The translations under genes and the position numbers were made by a program. Below, one piece after another: positions 1-11,726 of a DNA stretch of 32,000 nt. Positions within the stretch are counted from its first letter, which is position 1, and the number at the start of each line of letters is the position of its first letter. Location of the stretch: NCBI RefSeq assembly GCF_001598795.1, contig NZ_BCZP01000023.1, positions 57,186-89,185 on the forward strand, read 5' to 3'. The DNA is from Delftia acidovorans NBRC 14950. GTDB taxonomy: Bacteria > Pseudomonadota > Gammaproteobacteria > Burkholderiales > Burkholderiaceae_C. Below the pieces are notes generated by a model. It made no database searches. It saw only the letters and a list, made by a program, of their open reading frames with translations, and had not been told where the DNA came from.

Positions 1-583
1 GCGCGCCGCGCACCAGGTGCACATAGGTCTTGCGGCCGGCGGGCAGTTCCAGCTCGGCCTGCTCATCGCCGTCGAACAGCCCGGCATACAGCCGGGCATC
101 GGCATGGACGCTGACCGAGCCCTCGGCGCCATCGGGCGAGGCCACCAGGCGCAGCCGGCCGCGCTTTTCCTCGTCGGCAAAGGCTTTTTGCGCATAGCCG
201 GGCGCTATGCCCGTCTCGCTGGGCAGCAGCCAGATCTGCAGGAAATGCGTGGTCTGGCCCGGCGCATGGTTGTGCTCGCTGTGGACCACGCCCGAGCCGG
301 CGCTCATGCGCTGCACCTCGCCGGGCGAGATGGTCTGCTCGTTGCCCATGCTGTCCTTGTGCGAGAGCCGGCCTTCGAGCACGTAGCTGATGATCTCCAT
401 GTCCTTGTGGCCATGGGAGCCGAAGCCCGTGCCCGGGGCGATGTGGTCCTCGTTGATCACGCGCAGGTTGCCAAAGCCCATGTGGCGCGGATCGTGGTAG
501 CCCGCAAACGAGAAGCTGTGGTGCGAGCGCAGCCAGCCATGGTCGGCATGGCCGCGTTCCCGGGATTTGCGCAGGGCGATCAT
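1..583 (-). CDS. yhhW: Pirin-family protein (YhhW-like), C-terminal end cut by window edge
   Basis: Absent from the ORF track because it runs off the window. My translation of the minus strand from the ATG at 583 gives MIALRKSRERGHADHGWLRSHHSFSFAGYHDPRHMGFGNLRVINEDHIAPGTGFGSHGHKDMEIISYVLEGRLSHKDSMGNEQTISPGEVQRMSAGSGVVHSEHN... This is colinear with E. coli YhhW/pirin cupin motifs. The listed 17..733 + ORF is its antisense shadow. Confidence 0.85.
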   Translation of the reverse strand, partial: MIALRKSRERGHADHGWLRSHHSFSFAGYHDPRHMGFGNLRVINEDHIAPGTGFGSHGHKDMEIISYVLEGRLSHKDSMGNEQTISPGEVQRMSAGSGVVHSEHNHAPGQTTHFLQIWLLPSETGIAPGYAQKAFADEEKRGRLRLVASPDGAEGSVSVHADARLYAGLFDGDEQAELELPAGRKTYVHLVRGA

Positions 584-688
584 GTTTTTGTCCCTTTCCA
601 ACGTGTCAGATCTTCGAAACTCTTGCGTCGATGGCTCCACTGTAGAAGCCGCTGCCGCAGGCAAGGCGCAGCAGGATTGATGGCATCA

Positions 689-703
689 TTCAAAGCTTTT
701 GAA
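689..703. promoter_or_regulatory. Candidate LysR-type binding palindrome TTCAAA-GCT-TTTGAA in the pirin/LysR divergent intergenic region
   Basis: Perfect 6-bp inverted arms with a 3-bp spacer, read directly. It fits the T-N11-A LysR box pattern and sits 14 bp upstream of the LysR ATG. Confidence 0.3.
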
Positions 704-716
704 GCCATAACGCCCC

Positions 717-1655
717 ATGCCCAGCCCCCGTGACGTGCTCACCCCCGACAGCCTGGCCATGCTCCAGGCCATTGCCGAGGCCGGCAGCTTTGCCGCCGCT
801 GCACGCCAGTTGGGCCTGGTGCCCAGTGCCCTGACCTACCGTGTGCGCCAGATCGAAGATGCGCTGGACGTGCTGCTGTTCGACCGCCGCTCGCGCCACG
901 CCCAGCCCACCGAGGCCGGCCGGGAGCTGCTGCGCGAGGGGGTGCGCCTGCTGCATGAGATCGACACCGTGGCGCATCGCGTGCGCCGCGTGGCCACGGG
1001 CTGGGAGCCGCACCTGACCATCGTGGTCGATGGTGCCGTGGCGCGCACGCCGATGCTGGAGCTGGTCGAGGCCTTCTACGCCATGCAGCCACCCACGCGG
1101 CTGAAGCTGCGCGACGGCATCCTCACCGGCACGCTGGAGACGCTGACCTCGGGCCGGGCCGACCTGGCCATCGGGGTGGCGGTCAACTCCAGCAACGTAG
1201 CGGGCCTGCAGGCCTGCGAGCTGGGCGAGCTGGACTTCGTCTTTGCCGTGGCGCCCCACCATCCGCTGGCCACGGCGCCCGAGCCCATCACCGACGCCAC
1301 CTTGCTGCAGCACCGCATCATCGCCGTGGCCGATTCAGGCCTGCGCGACAGCGCCAGCATGGGCCTGCTCAGCGGCCAGGACATCTTCACCGTGGACTCC
1401 ATGCAGGCCAAGATCGAGGCCCAGGTGCGCGGCATAGGCTGCGGCTTCCTGCCCCATTTCATGGCCGATGTGTATGTGCAGGCCGGCCTGCTGGTGACGC
1501 GCCAGGTCGCCCGGCCCTCGCGCAATGTTCGCATGCACTACGCATGGTCCTGCCCGCCGCAGCAGGTCCCGCCGCGCGCGCTGCAGTGGTGGCTGCAGCA
1601 GTTGGAGAGCCCCGCCACGCGCCGCGCTCTCATGGAAAATCATCACCGACATTGA
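717..1655 (+). CDS. LysR-family transcriptional regulator
   Basis: 312 aa. The N-terminal HTH (LAMLQAIAEAGSFAAAARQLGLVPSALTYRVRQIEDALDVLLFDR) is typical LysR. The gene is divergent from the pirin gene, a common pairing. Confidence 0.9.
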   Translation: MPSPRDVLTPDSLAMLQAIAEAGSFAAAARQLGLVPSALTYRVRQIEDALDVLLFDRRSRHAQPTEAGRELLREGVRLLHEIDTVAHRVRRVATGWEPHLTIVVDGAVARTPMLELVEAFYAMQPPTRLKLRDGILTGTLETLTSGRADLAIGVAVNSSNVAGLQACELGELDFVFAVAPHHPLATAPEPITDATLLQHRIIAVADSGLRDSASMGLLSGQDIFTVDSMQAKIEAQVRGIGCGFLPHFMADVYVQAGLLVTRQVARPSRNVRMHYAWSCPPQQVPPRALQWWLQQLESPATRRALMENHHRH

Positions 1656-1789
1656 GCTGGCGCACGCCGCCGGGCGGTCTTCGCGGGTGTAGAGTGGTTA
1701 CAGGTCCCGGCCTGCCACGCCGCTGCGGTGCAACAGGCCGGAAAGGACATGCTTCCCGGAATCTGCCACTGCCCGCAAAGGTCTGCTCC

Positions 1790-2917
1790 ATGAACGCTTC
1801 CCGCGCCGCCTCCAAGTCCACGGTCAAGAAAAAGGCCACCAAGCCCCCCGAAGCCTCCAAGGCGCGCCCCAAGGCCGGCGCGCGCCGCATCGCCGTGATC
1901 GGTGCCGGCATGGCGGGCCTGGCCTGCGCCCGCACGCTGATGCAGGCCGGCCACGATGTCCATGTCTACGAACGGCTGCCCCAGGTGGGCGGGCGCATGC
2001 GCTCTGTCAACGCCGCGCATGGCGCCTTCGACATCGGCGCGCAGTATTTCACCGTGCGCGATAAGCGCTTCGAGCTGGCCCTGCAGACCGTGCCCGGCCT
2101 GTGCCGCCCCTGGAGCGTGAGCACGCTGCGCGTGCTGGATGCGCAGGGCCGCCAGTCCAGCGCTGCACCCGCACCCACCGAAGCCCATTGGGTGGCCACG
2201 CCCGACATGCAGGCCCTGCCGCTGGCCTGGGCCGCGCCGCTGTGGGATGCCGACCGCCTGCACCTGGGCCAGCGCGTGACCAAGCTCGAACGCCAGCCCG
2301 GATCGCGCGGCTGGAGCCTGCATGTGGAGACGACCGAGCCGACCACGCAGATCCGCGCAGGCTTCGATGAAGTGATACTCGCCCTGCCCGCGCCCCAGGC
2401 GCGCCAGCTGCTGCAGACCACGCCCCTGGCCCTGTCGCTGGTGCAGGGCATGGCGGCCGTGGAAATGGCGCCCTGCTGGGCGCTGACGCTGTCCTACCCC
2501 ATGGCCACCGAGGCCGGCCTGTCCACCCTGGGGCCGCAGTGGAATGCGGCCCGCACCACGCATGAGCGCGCGGTCTGGGTGGCACGTGAATCCTCCAAGC
2601 CGGGCCGCTCCCAAAGCGAACGCTGGACCGTGCTGGCCAGCCCCCAATGGTCGCAGGAGCACCGCGCCGACGACGCCCCGCGCGTGCTGGCCAAGATGCA
2701 GAAGGCCTTTGGCGAGATCACGCGCATCCGCATCCCTCCCCGCCATGCCAGCGTCTACCTCTGGCCCCATGCGCAGACCCTGTCGCCGCTGGGCCGCAGC
2801 CATTTGCGCAACAAGGATGCGGGCCTGGGCCTGTGCGGCGACTGGTGCATTGGCCGCCGCGTGGAGGATGCCTTTGTCTCGGGACTGGAAATGGCCCTGG
2901 CGTTGGTTGCAGACTGA
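1790..2917 (+). CDS. NAD(P)/FAD-dependent oxidoreductase (renalase-like amine-oxidase fold)
   Basis: Rossmann dinucleotide motif RIAVIGAGMAGLACARTLMQAGHDVHVYERLPQVGGR. I chose the ATG at 1790 (MNASRAAS...). The track start at 1544 overlaps the LysR gene and encodes an Arg/Pro-rich non-protein-like leader. Confidence 0.8.
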   Translation: MNASRAASKSTVKKKATKPPEASKARPKAGARRIAVIGAGMAGLACARTLMQAGHDVHVYERLPQVGGRMRSVNAAHGAFDIGAQYFTVRDKRFELALQTVPGLCRPWSVSTLRVLDAQGRQSSAAPAPTEAHWVATPDMQALPLAWAAPLWDADRLHLGQRVTKLERQPGSRGWSLHVETTEPTTQIRAGFDEVILALPAPQARQLLQTTPLALSLVQGMAAVEMAPCWALTLSYPMATEAGLSTLGPQWNAARTTHERAVWVARESSKPGRSQSERWTVLASPQWSQEHRADDAPRVLAKMQKAFGEITRIRIPPRHASVYLWPHAQTLSPLGRSHLRNKDAGLGLCGDWCIGRRVEDAFVSGLEMALALVAD

Positions 2918-2972
2918 ACCAGGCCACCAGGTCCTGGCAGGGGGCGGCGCAAGGCCTTAACATCCGGCCCCG

Positions 2973-3911
2973 ATGATTCCCGCCGCCCCTGAATCCGCCG
3001 AAACCGGCTCCGCACCCGCCCCATCCCCGTATGTCGGCCGCTTTGCGCCCTCACCCACGGGCCTGCTGCATGCAGGCTCCCTGGTGGCGGCGCTGGCCAG
3101 CTGGCTGGACGCACGCGCCCATGGCGGCCGCTGGCTGGTGCGCATCGAGGACATAGACCCTCCGCGCTGCCAGCCCGGTGCCGACACCGCCATCCTGAAC
3201 CAGCTTGCCACCTGCGGCCTGCTGCCGGATGAAGAGCCTGTCTGGCAGTCCCGCCGCCACACCTTCTACGAAAGCGCACTGGAGCGGCTCAAGGCCGGCG
3301 GCCTGGCCTATCCCTGCGGCTGCACGCGCAAGGACATCGAGGCAGCCTGGGAAAACCTGGGCTGGGCCCATGAGCGCCATGTGGAGCGGCCCTACCCCGG
3401 CACCTGCCGCGACGGCCTGCACGGCAAGAGCGCCCGGGCCTGGCGCTTTGCGCTGGACCGCTTCACCCGCCACGACCCCGTGCTGCACTGGCAGGACCGC
3501 CGCTTGGGCGCCCAGCAGCAGGATGTGATCCACGGCGTGGGCGACTTTGTCCTGCGCCGGGCCGACGGCCTGTGGGCCTACCAGTTGGCCGTGGTCGTCG
3601 ATGACGGCCTGCAGGGCATCACCCATGTGGTGCGCGGCGCCGACCTCGCCGACAATACGCCCCGCCAGATACTGCTGCAGCGCGCCCTGGGCATAGATCA
3701 CCCGCAGTATCTGCACACGCCGCTGGTGCTCATGCCCGACGGCGAAAAGCTTTCCAAGCAGCACGGCGCACCCGCACTGGACCTGAGCGCCCCCGTGGCC
3801 GCGCTGCGCACCGCAGCCGCCCACCTGGGACTGCCCCAGCCATCACCCCAGGCCACATTGGGCGAAGCGCTGCAGTTCTGGGTCAGGGGCTGGCGCCATA
3901 CATACAATTGA
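2973..3911 (+). CDS. gluQ: Glutamyl-Q tRNA(Asp) synthetase
   Basis: 312 aa truncated GluRS paralogue. Motifs: [20 protein letters not shown] (HIGH-like), [17 protein letters not shown] (KMSKS-like). Confidence 0.9.
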   Translation: MIPAAPESAETGSAPAPSPYVGRFAPSPTGLLHAGSLVAALASWLDARAHGGRWLVRIEDIDPPRCQPGADTAILNQLATCGLLPDEEPVWQSRRHTFYESALERLKAGGLAYPCGCTRKDIEAAWENLGWAHERHVERPYPGTCRDGLHGKSARAWRFALDRFTRHDPVLHWQDRRLGAQQQDVIHGVGDFVLRRADGLWAYQLAVVVDDGLQGITHVVRGADLADNTPRQILLQRALGIDHPQYLHTPLVLMPDGEKLSKQHGAPALDLSAPVAALRTAAAHLGLPQPSPQATLGEALQFWVRGWRHTYN

Positions 3912-3915
3912 GCCC

Positions 3916-4731
3916 GTGAACCCAATTTCTTCCCCCCAAGCCGAGCAGTCCATGGACGGCGATACCCCGAACACCATGTCCGCTGCCCCCGGTGCGCCGC
4001 ACGATTCCTCTTCGCCCTCCACACCTGCGGCCGCCCGTACCGGCCAGCCGCCCGAGGGCGTGGCCCATCCCAAGACCATCAAGAGCTATGTGCGCCGCGC
4101 CGGCCGCACCACGACAGGCCAGGCCAAGGCCTTCGAGGAGCTGGGTCCGCGCTTCGTGCTGAACTACCAGGCCGCGCCGCTGGACGCCTTGGCCACCTAT
4201 GGCCGCCAGGCCCCCCTGATCCTGGAGATCGGCTTCGGCATGGGCGAGGCCACGGCCCACATCGCGCGCGTGCGCCCCGATGACAACTTCCTGTGCTGCG
4301 AGGTGCACGAGCCCGGCGTGGGCGCCCTGCTCAAGCGCATTGGCGAGCAGGACATCTCCAACATCCGCATCCTGCAGCACGACGCCGTCGAAGTCATCGA
4401 CAACATGCTGCCCGAGGCCAGCCTGGACGGCATCCACATCTTCTTCCCCGATCCCTGGCACAAGAAAAAGCACAACAAGCGCCGCCTGATCCAGGAGCCT
4501 CTGGTGGCCAAGCTGGCGCGCCGGCTGCGTCCCGGTGGCTACATCCACTGCGCCACCGACTGGGAGCCCTATGCGGTGCAGATGCTGGAAGTGCTGGGCG
4601 CGGAGCCCCTGCTGGCCAACACGGCCGAAGGCTATGCCGCCAAGCCCGACTACCGGCCGCTGACCAAGTTCGAAAACCGTGGCATCCGCCTGGGCCACGG
4701 TGTGTGGGATCTGGTGTTTGAGCGCCGCTGA
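3916..4731 (+). CDS. trmB: tRNA (guanine46-N7)-methyltransferase
   Basis: Motifs [10 protein letters not shown] and [19 protein letters not shown], characteristic of TrmB. The start is uncertain: GTG at 3916 or ATG at 3952. Confidence 0.9.
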   Translation: MNPISSPQAEQSMDGDTPNTMSAAPGAPHDSSSPSTPAAARTGQPPEGVAHPKTIKSYVRRAGRTTTGQAKAFEELGPRFVLNYQAAPLDALATYGRQAPLILEIGFGMGEATAHIARVRPDDNFLCCEVHEPGVGALLKRIGEQDISNIRILQHDAVEVIDNMLPEASLDGIHIFFPDPWHKKKHNKRRLIQEPLVAKLARRLRPGGYIHCATDWEPYAVQMLEVLGAEPLLANTAEGYAAKPDYRPLTKFENRGIRLGHGVWDLVFERR

Positions 4732-4765
4732 GCCGGTCGCGCCCTCTTCCAATACAAGGCCTCGC

Positions 4766-5788
4766 ATGCAGCCATTGCTACAGAATCTGGTCGAGATGAC
4801 GGCCCACAGGGACCATCTGCGATTGGAAATCTCGGTGCTGTCCACCCTGTTCAAGCTCAATGGCGTGGTGCAGGTGCGGGCGCTGGAGCTGTTCGCCATG
4901 CCCGACGGCAGGCATTGCGTGCGTGCGCGCACCTGGAGCCAGGGCGATCAGGTCATGTCCACCGATGCCGAGGCCTTGTATGACCCGCAAAGCGTGGAGC
5001 TGGCCTCCATGCCCGCACTGCAGCAGGCGCTGCAGCAGCGCGCCCTCATCGCCTCGGCCGTGCAGCCCGATGGCCAGCACGTGCTGTGGCTGCCGCTGTG
5101 GCGCCAGGAGACGGCCTACCACTGCCTGGAGATCACGCAGTCCACGGCCTTCTCGCCCAGCCGGCTCGATGTGATCCAGGGCATCTTCGGCGTCTATCAC
5201 AACTACCAGAGCCTGCTGGACTACAGCGAACGCGATGCGCTGACCGGCCTGCTCAACCGCAAGACCTTCGACGAGCAGTTCCTGCGCCTGTCGCTGCAGG
5301 AGCCGCCGATGGCCATGCCGGGCGTGGCCACGGAAGACGTTCCCGGCCAGTGGCTGGCCGCCATCGACATCGACCATTTCAAGCGCATCAACGACCGCTT
5401 TGGCCACCTGTATGGCGACGAGGTGCTGATCCTGGTGGCCAACATCCTGCGCAGCTGCTTCGACGCCAAGGACCGTGTGTTCCGCTTCGGCGGCGAGGAA
5501 TTCGTGGTGCTGCTGCGCTCGGTCAGCCTGGTCAATGCCCGCAAGGCGCTGGAGCGCCTGCGCCACGACGTGGAGAGCTACGAATTCCCCCAGGTCGGCC
5601 GCATCACCGTGAGCACGGGCTTTGCCGCCATGGGCACGGGCGCACCCGTGGAGGTGCTGGGCCATGCCGACCAGGCCCTCTACCACGCCAAGGAGCATGG
5701 CCGCAACCAGACCTGGTACTACGGTGATCTGATCAACCAGGGGCTGCTGGCACCCCAGGTGAACAGCAACGACATCGAACTGTTCTGA
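4766..5788 (+). CDS. Diguanylate cyclase (GGDEF domain) with uncharacterised N-terminal sensor domain
   Basis: RDALTGLLNRKTF ... IDIDHFKRINDRFGHLYGDEVL ... FRFGGEEFVVLL. I chose the ATG at 4766 (MQPLLQNL...). The track start at 4679 overlaps the end of trmB. Confidence 0.85.
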   Translation: MQPLLQNLVEMTAHRDHLRLEISVLSTLFKLNGVVQVRALELFAMPDGRHCVRARTWSQGDQVMSTDAEALYDPQSVELASMPALQQALQQRALIASAVQPDGQHVLWLPLWRQETAYHCLEITQSTAFSPSRLDVIQGIFGVYHNYQSLLDYSERDALTGLLNRKTFDEQFLRLSLQEPPMAMPGVATEDVPGQWLAAIDIDHFKRINDRFGHLYGDEVLILVANILRSCFDAKDRVFRFGGEEFVVLLRSVSLVNARKALERLRHDVESYEFPQVGRITVSTGFAAMGTGAPVEVLGHADQALYHAKEHGRNQTWYYGDLINQGLLAPQVNSNDIELF

Positions 5789-5809
5789 GCCGGCCCTGGC
5801 GCCGTGCCG

Positions 5810-7060
5810 TCAGGCGAGGCCGGCCACGCGCACGCAGTCGCGCCCGGCGTGCTTGGCCTCGTAGAGCATGGCATCGGCGCGCTGCAGCAGTTCCTGCGCA
5901 CTCTCGGCACCCTGCAGTTGCGCCACGCCAAAGCTGGCCGTCGCCGACAGCTCCAGGCCATGGACCTGTATGGGCGTGGAGCGTATGGCCTCGCGCAGCT
6001 GCCCGGCCAGCGCCCAGGCCTGGGCCGCAGCCACACCGGGCATCACGATCAGGAACTCCTCACCGCCATAGCGCGCCATCCATTGCGCCGAAGGCTCCCG
6101 CTCCAGTGCGTGCCGGCAACGCAGTGCCACCTCGCGCAGCACGGCATCGCCTGCGGCATGGCCGTGCCTGTCATTGACCTGCTTGAAGCGGTCCACGTCC
6201 ACGAACATCACGCTCAGGGCCGCACCCAGGCGCTGGCCCTGGGCGACCTCGGAGGCCAGGCGCTCGTCCATGGCACGGCGGTTGAGGCATCCGGTCAGCG
6301 CATCGGTCAGCGACATGCGCTTGACCTCCTCCACCAGCTCCTCCAGCTGGGCCGTGCGCTGGGCCACCAGCAGGTCCAGATGCTCGATGTGGCCGCGCAG
6401 ATCATGCTGCAACTGGCCAAAGCCCTGCACCACCATGTCGATCTCGTCGCGCTGCCCGCGCCGCGCCCGCTCCAGCACCAAGGGCCTCGACAACTCATTG
6501 GGTTTGAGGTTGGCCGCAAAGCCCGCAATCTGCTGCAGCGGCTGGCGCAGCTCCCTGCGCATCACCCAGGCCACCATCAGGCAGACCAGGGCCGTGAACA
6601 GCGCATAGCCCAGCAGCACGCGCAGCGTGGAGTCGCGCAGCACCTCCAGGTAGTGGCCCCGGTTCTCCCAGACCTGCAGTTCGCCCAGCGGCAGGCTGGA
6701 CTGGCTGTGACGCGGTGCCGGAATGAGCATGGACACGGCAGGCGCGCGGCCATCCCTGGGCTCGCCCGCCTCGTACATCTCGCCCGTGGAGGTGACGCGC
6801 AACTGCACATGGCCCACCAGGGGCAGCTTGCCCAGCCACTGCACCTGCTCGCGCACCAGGGCCGGCTCGATGTCCCACAGCGCGGCGGACAGCGAGATCA
6901 TGCTGTTGGCCACCAGCGTCTCCATGGAGCGGCGAAACTCCTGCTGCCCCTTGCGGTACTCCCACCAGGCGTGGGCGCCGCCAAACACCAGCATGCAGGC
7001 CACGGCCAGCAGCATGATGCGCAGGATCAGCAGGGAGGCGATCGAACGGAAGCGGGGCAT
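5810..7060 (-). CDS. Membrane-bound diguanylate cyclase (TM - periplasmic region - TM/HAMP-like linker - GGDEF)
   Basis: 416 aa. N-terminal TM (SLLILRIMLLAVACMLVFGG), a second TM (LLGYALFTALVCLMVAWVM) followed by RRELRQPLQQI (HAMP-like), then TDALTGCLNRRAM ... ARYGGEEFLIVM. Confidence 0.85.
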   Translation of the reverse strand: MPRFRSIASLLILRIMLLAVACMLVFGGAHAWWEYRKGQQEFRRSMETLVANSMISLSAALWDIEPALVREQVQWLGKLPLVGHVQLRVTSTGEMYEAGEPRDGRAPAVSMLIPAPRHSQSSLPLGELQVWENRGHYLEVLRDSTLRVLLGYALFTALVCLMVAWVMRRELRQPLQQIAGFAANLKPNELSRPLVLERARRGQRDEIDMVVQGFGQLQHDLRGHIEHLDLLVAQRTAQLEELVEEVKRMSLTDALTGCLNRRAMDERLASEVAQGQRLGAALSVMFVDVDRFKQVNDRHGHAAGDAVLREVALRCRHALEREPSAQWMARYGGEEFLIVMPGVAAAQAWALAGQLREAIRSTPIQVHGLELSATASFGVAQLQGAESAQELLQRADAMLYEAKHAGRDCVRVAGLA

Positions 7061-7069
7061 GGAAGGCGC

Positions 7070-8233
7070 TCAGCGCAGCAGGTGCTTGAGCTCGAATCCG
7101 TAGCGCCGCAGCTGGGGATTGAGGTGCTTGCTGTAGCTGCGAAAGTCCAGAGGGGCCAGCGGCGCACTGATCCTGTGCTCGTAGCGGTCGATCTGGGACT
7201 TGTCCAGCAGCGTGAACATGGGCCGCACCTGCTCCAGCCCTTCGGAGGCGAAATCGGCGCCGTGCGCATGGTCGTAGAGCATGACCAGGGCCCAGGCGCC
7301 GGTCAGGAAATGGCCGCCCGCCAGTGCCGACAGCTCGCCCGTGCGCAGCGCCGTCATGGCGGCCGCCGATGAATTGATGGCGCTGAAGAAGGCGTCACGC
7401 CCCGGCGAGCCGCCCCGCGCGCGCCAGGCCTGCATGGAGCCAAAGGCCATCTCGTCGTTGCCCGCCCAGACCAGGCGAACCTCGGGATAGCGCTGGAACA
7501 GCACGGCCGCCTGCTGCTCGGCGCGTTCGCGGCGCCATTCGCCAAAGACTTCCTGCTGCAGCACCACGTCGCTGGCCTCGGCCGCCGCGCGGCGCATGCC
7601 GGCATTGCGTTCCACCGAGGAGGGCGTGGAGCGGTCCCCGGCAATGGCCACCATGTGCAGCCGGCCATCGGCCGCACGCGCCTGGCCCGACGCCCGTGCA
7701 GCGGCGAACAGTGACTTGGCGGTCAGGTAGCCGGCCTCTTCGGCGCCCGGCTCCAGGCTGCCCAGCCAGTGCCGATAGCGCTCTCGCGCCACGCCGGTCT
7801 GGCCGCGCAATGTCTCGGGCACGCCGCTGAAGGCCATGAAGCTGTCGATGCCTGCGGCCTCCAGCGTGCGCAGGATTTCAGGCGCCACGCTGTAGTCGTT
7901 GGTAAACATCACGTAGCGGGGCCGCTGCGCCTTGGGCAAGGCGGCAATCTGGCGCGCAATCTCGATGGGGCGCAGGTGGTCGCGCTGGGCATAGCGGACC
8001 TGCAGCTGCATGCCCAGGCTGTTGGCCGCGTCCTGCATGGCCTCGCTGACCGTGGTCCAGTAGCGCTCGTCGGAGCGGCCGGGGTTGATGAAGACCACGC
8101 TTTGCGCGGCGGCAGCGGCCGATTGCGCCAGCACGCCCATCACCCAGGCCATGTAGGTCATACGCAGCGCCCACGGCAAGACGCCCCGGTGGAGTCCACC
8201 GGGGCGTCCCGAAGAAGGGGCAGCAGGAATCAT
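7070..8233 (-). CDS. Periplasmic binding protein (sugar-binding/LacI-type PBP fold), probable sensor partner of the downstream cyclase
   Basis: VVFINPGRSDERYW ... VWAGNDEMAFG resembles type I periplasmic binding proteins. Signal-like segment MTYMAWVMGVLAQSAAAAAQS. The stop lies 9 nt before the cyclase start. The start is uncertain: ATG at 8233 or ATG at 8161. The track start at 8281 would overlap alaS. Confidence 0.7.
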   Translation of the reverse strand: MIPAAPSSGRPGGLHRGVLPWALRMTYMAWVMGVLAQSAAAAAQSVVFINPGRSDERYWTTVSEAMQDAANSLGMQLQVRYAQRDHLRPIEIARQIAALPKAQRPRYVMFTNDYSVAPEILRTLEAAGIDSFMAFSGVPETLRGQTGVARERYRHWLGSLEPGAEEAGYLTAKSLFAAARASGQARAADGRLHMVAIAGDRSTPSSVERNAGMRRAAAEASDVVLQQEVFGEWRRERAEQQAAVLFQRYPEVRLVWAGNDEMAFGSMQAWRARGGSPGRDAFFSAINSSAAAMTALRTGELSALAGGHFLTGAWALVMLYDHAHGADFASEGLEQVRPMFTLLDKSQIDRYEHRISAPLAPLDFRSYSKHLNPQLRRYGFELKHLLR

Positions 8234-8249
8234 CTGCCGCGCAGCTGGG

Positions 8250-10874
<2,625 letters not shown>

Positions 10875-10927
10875 GGTGTCTAGGAGTTCGGAGCGCGCAC
10901 GCGGGGCGCTGTCCCTGGCGGGAGGGT

Positions 10928-10954
10928 GTCCCGTCGGGACCAACGCGCATTATA
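10928..10954 (-). promoter_or_regulatory. Candidate alaS promoter -10 (TATAAT on the minus strand, 10949-10954) plus a downstream 13-bp palindrome GTCCCGTCGGGAC (10928-10940)
   Basis: Both elements read directly. A perfect TATAAT lies ~75 nt upstream of the alaS ATG, with the palindrome between it and the ATG. No convincing -35 was found. Confidence 0.3.
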
Positions 10955-11309
10955 GGTTTGCCCCATGGTTGCGGCAGCGAGCCCTGCCTGGCCTCCATCA
11001 CGCACGTGGCCAAAGAAGGCCTCTCCTCCCATCTGCCCGCCCTTGAGCACGATCTCCAGCCCGTCGCTGGCCGGATCGCTGCCATGCGCGCGCAACAGCG
11101 GCGCGCAGCTGGCCGGTCCACGGCGCCTGCAGCTGTGGGTGACGCCCCATCCGGGCCGCAGGGCCGATATTCTTGCGCTGGAGAAATGGCTGGTGCAGGA
11201 GATGAGGGAGATGGCTAGCACAGGCGATCTCGCCGTTCCCTGATCCCGCTCAGACTGCGCGCGATGGGCGCCCTGGATAATCGCCAGCCGGAACCACAGC
11301 AAGCACACC

Positions 11310-11669
11310 ATGGCGCAACCACAGACACCCGAGCCTCATTCCAGCGAACCGGCCCCCGCTGCCAGCGCCAACGGATCCGATTCGGCCAAACCGCCAACAC
11401 CGCCGAAATCGCCCAAGCCGCCAAAAAGCCGCATCGTGCCCTGGCTCATCGGCCTGCCCGTGGCCTTCTTCGCTGTGCTCATGCTGGCTGGCCAGTTGCT
11501 GTCCACGCCCGAAGGCGAGGCGCGCTGGGTGGAGCGCGAAACCATCAAGATCTGCCGCAAGGAAACCGCGCGGCCAGAGGCCGAGCGCAAGACGCAGCAG
11601 TTTGAATCGGTGCAGGACTGCGACAGGCTCGAATTCGACTTCAAGCAGCGCTACGGTGAAAACCCCTGA
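11310..11669 (+). CDS. Hypothetical membrane-anchored protein (Pro/Lys-rich N-terminus, one TM)
   Basis: 119 aa with TM segment VPWLIGLPVAFFAVLMLAGQLL. High GC3 and followed by a terminator. No family recognised. Confidence 0.5.
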   Translation: MAQPQTPEPHSSEPAPAASANGSDSAKPPTPPKSPKPPKSRIVPWLIGLPVAFFAVLMLAGQLLSTPEGEARWVERETIKICRKETARPEAERKTQQFESVQDCDRLEFDFKQRYGENP

Positions 11670-11684
11670 GGCGAAGTCACAACG

Positions 11685-11709
11685 AAAAAGGCCGGCAGAG
11701 CCGGCCTTT
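11685..11709. terminator. Bidirectional intrinsic terminator between convergent genes
   Basis: AAAAA-GGCCGGC-aga-GCCGGCC-TTT: a 7-bp GC stem flanked by an A-run and a T-run. Confidence 0.6.
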
Positions 11710-11726
11710 GGCTTGCGAGGGCCCGT

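Noticed and set aside
17-733. 238-aa plus-strand ORF from the track
   Set aside because: It is the antisense shadow of the pirin gene. The sequence is Ala/Arg/Gly-rich, has no motifs, and its end overlaps the LysR start.
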